This document shows positions 15,824 through 19,042 of a DNA stretch of 19,042 bases, one piece after another. Positions within the stretch are counted from its first letter, which is position 1. Each line of letters starts with the position of its first letter. The stretch is taken from NCBI GenBank assembly GCA_046758365.1, contig JBHIAC010000053.1, forward strand, positions 1-19,042, in the 5' to 3' direction. The notes beneath the pieces are model-generated. The model was not told where the DNA came from and did no database searches. It saw only the letters and a program-made list of their open reading frames with translations. The stretch is from a bacterium (GTDB lineage Bacteria; Zhuqueibacterota; Zhuqueibacteria; Oceanimicrobiales; Oceanimicrobiaceae). The translations under genes were made by a program, and so were the position numbers.

Positions 15824-18757
15824 GTGATGACTTCAGATATGACCCCAGCGAAAATAAATAGCCATAAGATGGCCGACGATAAATCTTTCTCGAGTAATGG
15901 TAAGGAGGGGAAAGGCCTGAAGATCATAAGTTATTTTACAAAGCCTGGACAACATCCTTTTGACAATATAACCTGGGAAAACCGTACGGCCAAAATAACC
16001 AATGAAAAAGGAGAAGTGATTTTTGAGCAAAAAGATATTGAAACCCCTTCCTTCTGGTCACAAACAGCAATCAATGTAGTAGCTTCAAAGTACTTCAATG
16101 GGAAAGTAGGTTCTCCTGAACGCGAAAAAAGCGTTAAACAACTTATCAATAGAGTATCCCAGACAATCACAAATTGGGGCAATAAGGGTGGTTATTTTGC
16201 AACCGAAGAAGATGCAGAAGCTTTTTATCGTGAACTAACCCACATTCTGGTTACTCAGAAGGCTACCTTTAATAGTCCGGTTTGGTTTAATTGTGGTATT
16301 GAAGAAAAGCCGCAATGTTCGGCTTGTTTTATTAATTCTGTAGAAGATAGTATGGAATCCATTCTCAATTTAGCTAAAACGGAAGGAATGATATTCAAAT
16401 GGGGATCTGGAGCCGGAACAAACCTATCAAAAATAAGGTCTTCTAAAGAAAAATTATCAAGTGGTGGTATGGCTTCTGGTCCCGTGTCCTTCATGAAGGG
16501 TTATGATGCCTTTGCGGGAGTCATTAAATCCGGCGGAAAAACACGACGGGCAGCTAAAATGGCCATTTTAAATATCGATCACCCAGACATTGTAGAATTT
16601 ATAAAATGTAAAGAAGAAGAAGAGAAAAAAGCCTGGGCTTTAATTGATGCTGGTTATGATAGCGCCATTGATGGAGAAGCTTACACCAGTGTATTTTTCC
16701 AAAATGCAAATCACAGCATCCGGGTTACCGATGACTTTATGAAAGCTGTAATCAAAGATAAAGAATGGCAAACCAAAGCTGTTACGACTGGTGAACCCAT
16801 TGATACCTACCGGGCTAAGGAATTAATGAACATGATTGCAGAGTCGGCATGGCAATCCGGTGATCCCGGCCTGCAATTTGATACTACTGTAAACGATTGG
16901 CATACTTGTTTAAACACAGACCGCATATACGCTTCAAATCCTTGCAGTGAATATATGTTTCTCGATGATACGGCTTGCAATTTGACTTCTTTAAATCTTA
17001 TGAAATTTAAAAAAGAGAATGGTTCACCTCGTTCACCCCGTGAAATAACCAATGTTTCACGTAGTGAATTTAATATAGAAGAATTTTGTCATGCTGTACA
17101 GATCATGATTATAGCACAAGAAATAATTGTTGATAATGCAAGTTATCCGACTCCTCGAATTGCACAAATGAGTCATGACTTCCGAACCTTGGGGCTGGGC
17201 TATGCCAATCTTGGTGCCCTGCTTATGTCTTTCGGATTACCTTATGACAGCGATGAAGGCAGAGCTTATGCCGCCGTCATCACGGCTTTGATGTGTGGTC
17301 AAGCCTATAAAACTTCAGCTATTATTGCGAGTAAATTGGGCCCCTTCCCAAAATATAAAAAGAATCGTGCGCCTATGCTGAAAGTAATCAAAAAACATAA
17401 TGAGCATGTTGATAAAATTCAAAAATCCCGTGAGATACCGAAATTATCTCACGGGACTAAAGAACTTTTCGAGGCAGCCAAAAAGGTCTGGAATGAAGCT
17501 TATACTTTAGGTACAGAATATGGTTATAAAAATGCTCAGGTTACGGTCTTAGCCCCTACGGGCACCATTGCATTTATGATGGATTGCGACACAACTGGCA
17601 TTGAACCCGACCTGGCTTTAGTTAAATATAAAAAACTTGTCGGTGGGGGCGTCATGAAAATAGTTAATAACACGGTTCCTGAAGCACTAAGAAAACTTAA
17701 TTATTCGGAATCACAAGTTACTAATATTGTTAAATACATTGATGAAAACGATACTATTGAAGGTGCTCCTGGGTTAAAAAAAGAACACCTACCTGTTTTT
17801 GATTGCTCGTTTAAACCAACAAACGGAGTTAGAGCTATTCATCACATGGGACATATTAAGATGATGGCAGCGGTTCAGCCATTTATTTCTGGTGCTATTT
17901 CCAAGACCGTTAATATGCCAACGGAAGTTACTCCTGAGGATATCATGAACACTTACCTAGAGGCTTGGAAACTGGGACTGAAAGCCATCGCTATTTATAG
18001 AGACGGCTGCAAACGCTCTCAACCACTAAATACAGGCTTGCCCCGTGAAATAAAGGTTTCACAACACAAAGCCGGTAAGATAGATACAACTATCTCACGG
18101 GGCAAGCCGCAACGCAGACGATTACCCGATGAAAGGCGATCGATTACGCACAAGTTCAGTATTGCGGGCCATGAAGGCTACATCACGGTTGGGATGTACG
18201 AAGATGGTTTACCGGGTGAAATCTTTATTGTGATGGCAAAAGAAGGCTCTGTGGTATCTGGTCTCATGGATTCATTTGCCACAGCTATCTCTTTGGCCTT
18301 GCAGTATGGCGTGCCTTTAAAAGTGCTTGTAAATAAATTCACGCATACAAGATTTGAACCGGCAGGCTTTACCAATAACCCTGAAATACCCATTGCGAAA
18401 TCCATTACGGATTATATATTCAGATGGCTGGCTTTAAAATTTTTGCCTGACGAACGTAGATCTAATGTCCAACGTTCTAAAGAAGAAAAACCATCTACTA
18501 TGGACGAAAAGGAAAATGGAGCCTTAAAAGAAAGTATTGAATTTGAAGCCTTTCCAGATTCATCCCGTGAGATAACCTTGAAAGACAATCAATTATTTAT
18601 AAGTTCAATTACTTCGAGGGATAAGGAGAAAAAAGAAAAATTAGTTTTTCAAACGCAAGCAGACGCACCACCTTGCTACGAATGTGGCGCCATCATGGTT
18701 CGTAATGGTTCTTGCTATAAATGTTTGAACTGCGGGGCTACGAGTGGGTGTTCATGA
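15824..18757 (+). CDS. nrdJ: Class II adenosylcobalamin-dependent ribonucleotide reductase with C-terminal TSCPD and zinc-ribbon domains
   Basis: FNSPVWFN, QCSACFI, GGKTRRAAKM, ASNPCSEY (thiyl radical Cys), ACNL, LAPTGTI, AISKTVN, YRDG, RRRLPDER/TSCPD region, C-terminal CYECG...CYKCLNCGATSGCS. RBS GAGGA favours ATG 15827. No ATP cone or intein visible. Confidence 0.96.
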   Translation: MMTSDMTPAKINSHKMADDKSFSSNGKEGKGLKIISYFTKPGQHPFDNITWENRTAKITNEKGEVIFEQKDIETPSFWSQTAINVVASKYFNGKVGSPEREKSVKQLINRVSQTITNWGNKGGYFATEEDAEAFYRELTHILVTQKATFNSPVWFNCGIEEKPQCSACFINSVEDSMESILNLAKTEGMIFKWGSGAGTNLSKIRSSKEKLSSGGMASGPVSFMKGYDAFAGVIKSGGKTRRAAKMAILNIDHPDIVEFIKCKEEEEKKAWALIDAGYDSAIDGEAYTSVFFQNANHSIRVTDDFMKAVIKDKEWQTKAVTTGEPIDTYRAKELMNMIAESAWQSGDPGLQFDTTVNDWHTCLNTDRIYASNPCSEYMFLDDTACNLTSLNLMKFKKENGSPRSPREITNVSRSEFNIEEFCHAVQIMIIAQEIIVDNASYPTPRIAQMSHDFRTLGLGYANLGALLMSFGLPYDSDEGRAYAAVITALMCGQAYKTSAIIASKLGPFPKYKKNRAPMLKVIKKHNEHVDKIQKSREIPKLSHGTKELFEAAKKVWNEAYTLGTEYGYKNAQVTVLAPTGTIAFMMDCDTTGIEPDLALVKYKKLVGGGVMKIVNNTVPEALRKLNYSESQVTNIVKYIDENDTIEGAPGLKKEHLPVFDCSFKPTNGVRAIHHMGHIKMMAAVQPFISGAISKTVNMPTEVTPEDIMNTYLEAWKLGLKAIAIYRDGCKRSQPLNTGLPREIKVSQHKAGKIDTTISRGKPQRRRLPDERRSITHKFSIAGHEGYITVGMYEDGLPGEIFIVMAKEGSVVSGLMDSFATAISLALQYGVPLKVLVNKFTHTRFEPAGFTNNPEIPIAKSITDYIFRWLALKFLPDERRSNVQRSKEEKPSTMDEKENGALKESIEFEAFPDSSREITLKDNQLFISSITSRDKEKKEKLVFQTQADAPPCYECGAIMVRNGSCYKCLNCGATSGCS
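17032..17068. repeat. Intragenic palindromic element, copy 1 (nrdJ)
   Basis: TTCACCCCGTGAAATA (17032-17047), loop ACCAA, TGTTTCACGTAGTGAA (17053-17068); 13/16 complementary. Encodes SPREITNVSRSE. Confidence 0.85.
17426..17456. repeat. Intragenic palindromic element, copy 2 (nrdJ)
   Basis: TCCCGTGAGATA (17426-17437), loop CCGAAAT, TATCTCACGGGA (17445-17456); perfect 12-bp stem. Encodes SREIPKLSHG. Confidence 0.92.
18035..18108. repeat. Intragenic palindromic element, copy 3 (nrdJ; possibly a tandem dimer)
   Basis: GGCTTGCCCCGTGAAATA (18035-18052) ... TATCTCACGGGGCAAGCC (18091-18108); 17/18 complementary with a 38-nt spacer. Encodes GLPREI...ISRGKP. Confidence 0.92.
18562..18622. repeat. Intragenic palindromic element, copy 4 (nrdJ; decayed right arm)
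   Basis: ATCCCGTGAGATAA (18562-18575) ... TTACTTCGAGGGAT (18609-18622); 10/14 complementary. Encodes SREIT...ITSRD. Confidence 0.75.
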
Positions 18758-18812
18758 GAGTTTCTCATAAATCACATAAAAAATATTAGAATCGACACGG
18801 TGGGTGTGCCAA

Positions 18813-18849
18813 AGAAGGGCATCTTATTTATTGATGCCCTTCTCTTTTT
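18813..18849 (+). terminator. Rho-independent terminator after nrdJ (between convergent genes)
   Basis: AGAAGGGCATC (18813-18823) / GATGCCCTTCT (18833-18843), a perfect 11-bp stem followed by CTTTTT. Confidence 0.85.
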
Positions 18850-18933
18850 ATAGTATTATCTAACAAATCTTTGTTTTTTGTGCAAAAGAATTACTACCAA
18901 AATATACGTCCAACGGATTAATAAACCCATTTA

Positions 18934-19041
18934 TTAAAATAACCCAAATGTCTTGAAAACGTCCTTTAATCCTAACATCAGTATTAATGCAATCCCCAAT
19001 GGAATAACGTATTTGCTCCAATAAAACCAGAATCGGCCCAA
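18934..19041 (-). CDS. 3' end (partial) of a membrane protein, probably a sodium-dependent NSS/SNF-family transporter
   Basis: Manual translation gives ...LGRFWFYWSKYVIPLGIALILMLGLKDVFKTFGLF* followed by a second TAA. The 'W....KYVIP' plus terminal TM helix resembles bacterial NSS transporter C-termini. The gene is truncated by the window edge. Confidence 0.55.
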   Translation of the reverse strand: MGRFWFYWSKYVIPLGIALILMLGLKDVFKTFGLF

Positions 19042-19042
19042 T

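Noticed and set aside
811..18405. Short ORF-track ORFs overlapping the main genes (e.g. 811..1029, 2003..2296, 3059..3340, 10104..10361, 13056..13295, 16255..16494, 18178..18405)
   Set aside because: These are antisense or alternate-frame shadows of well-conserved genes, with no recognisable motifs or RBS.
17032..18622. CRISPR array interpretation of the recurring palindromes
   Set aside because: Spacing is irregular (about 400-600 bp), loops vary, copies lie within a conserved ORF, and there are no cas genes.
15824..18757. Intein or group I/II intron in nrdJ or dnaE (common hosts)
   Set aside because: Both ORFs are continuous and of normal length, with no intein C/S...HN blocks or homing endonuclease motifs. 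The insertions present are only about 7-25 codons.
18754..18768. Small hairpin ATGAGA-GTT-TCTCAT over the nrdJ stop codon
   Set aside because: Only 6 AT-rich bp with a 3-nt loop; a much better terminator lies at 18813-18849.

Overview
This is an AT-rich bacterial chromosomal window made up mostly of housekeeping genes. By inference it may come from an FCB-superphylum organism outside classical Bacteroidota: it has a PorZ-like/FlgD-Ig protein but uses canonical TTGACA-type promoters and Shine-Dalgarno sites. A long minus-strand gene run (ribD-ribE-ribBA-ribH-PorZ-like propeller-alkaline phosphatase-recN-murA-CpoB-like TPR-dnaE, then a Yip1 protein) is divergent from a class II B12-dependent ribonucleotide reductase (nrdJ) preceded by two NrdR boxes. 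The window ends in the 3' end of a probable sodium-dependent (NSS-family) transporter. The most notable signal is a family of very short (about 30-75 bp) palindromic elements with core CCCGTGARATA...TATYTCACGGG that sit inside coding sequence. There are four copies in nrdJ, always read as (P/S)REI, and one diverged copy in ribE; the nrdJ copies 1 and 2 and the ribE copy coincide with apparent in-frame peptide insertions, and copies 3 and 4 lie in linkers. Their outer stem extensions differ between copies yet stay self-complementary, hinting at an insertion mechanism that makes inverted rather than direct target copies. No mobilising gene is present in the window. Secondary signals are substitutions in two conserved dNTP-binding motifs of DnaE and an 18-bp in-frame tandem duplication in the propeller protein.
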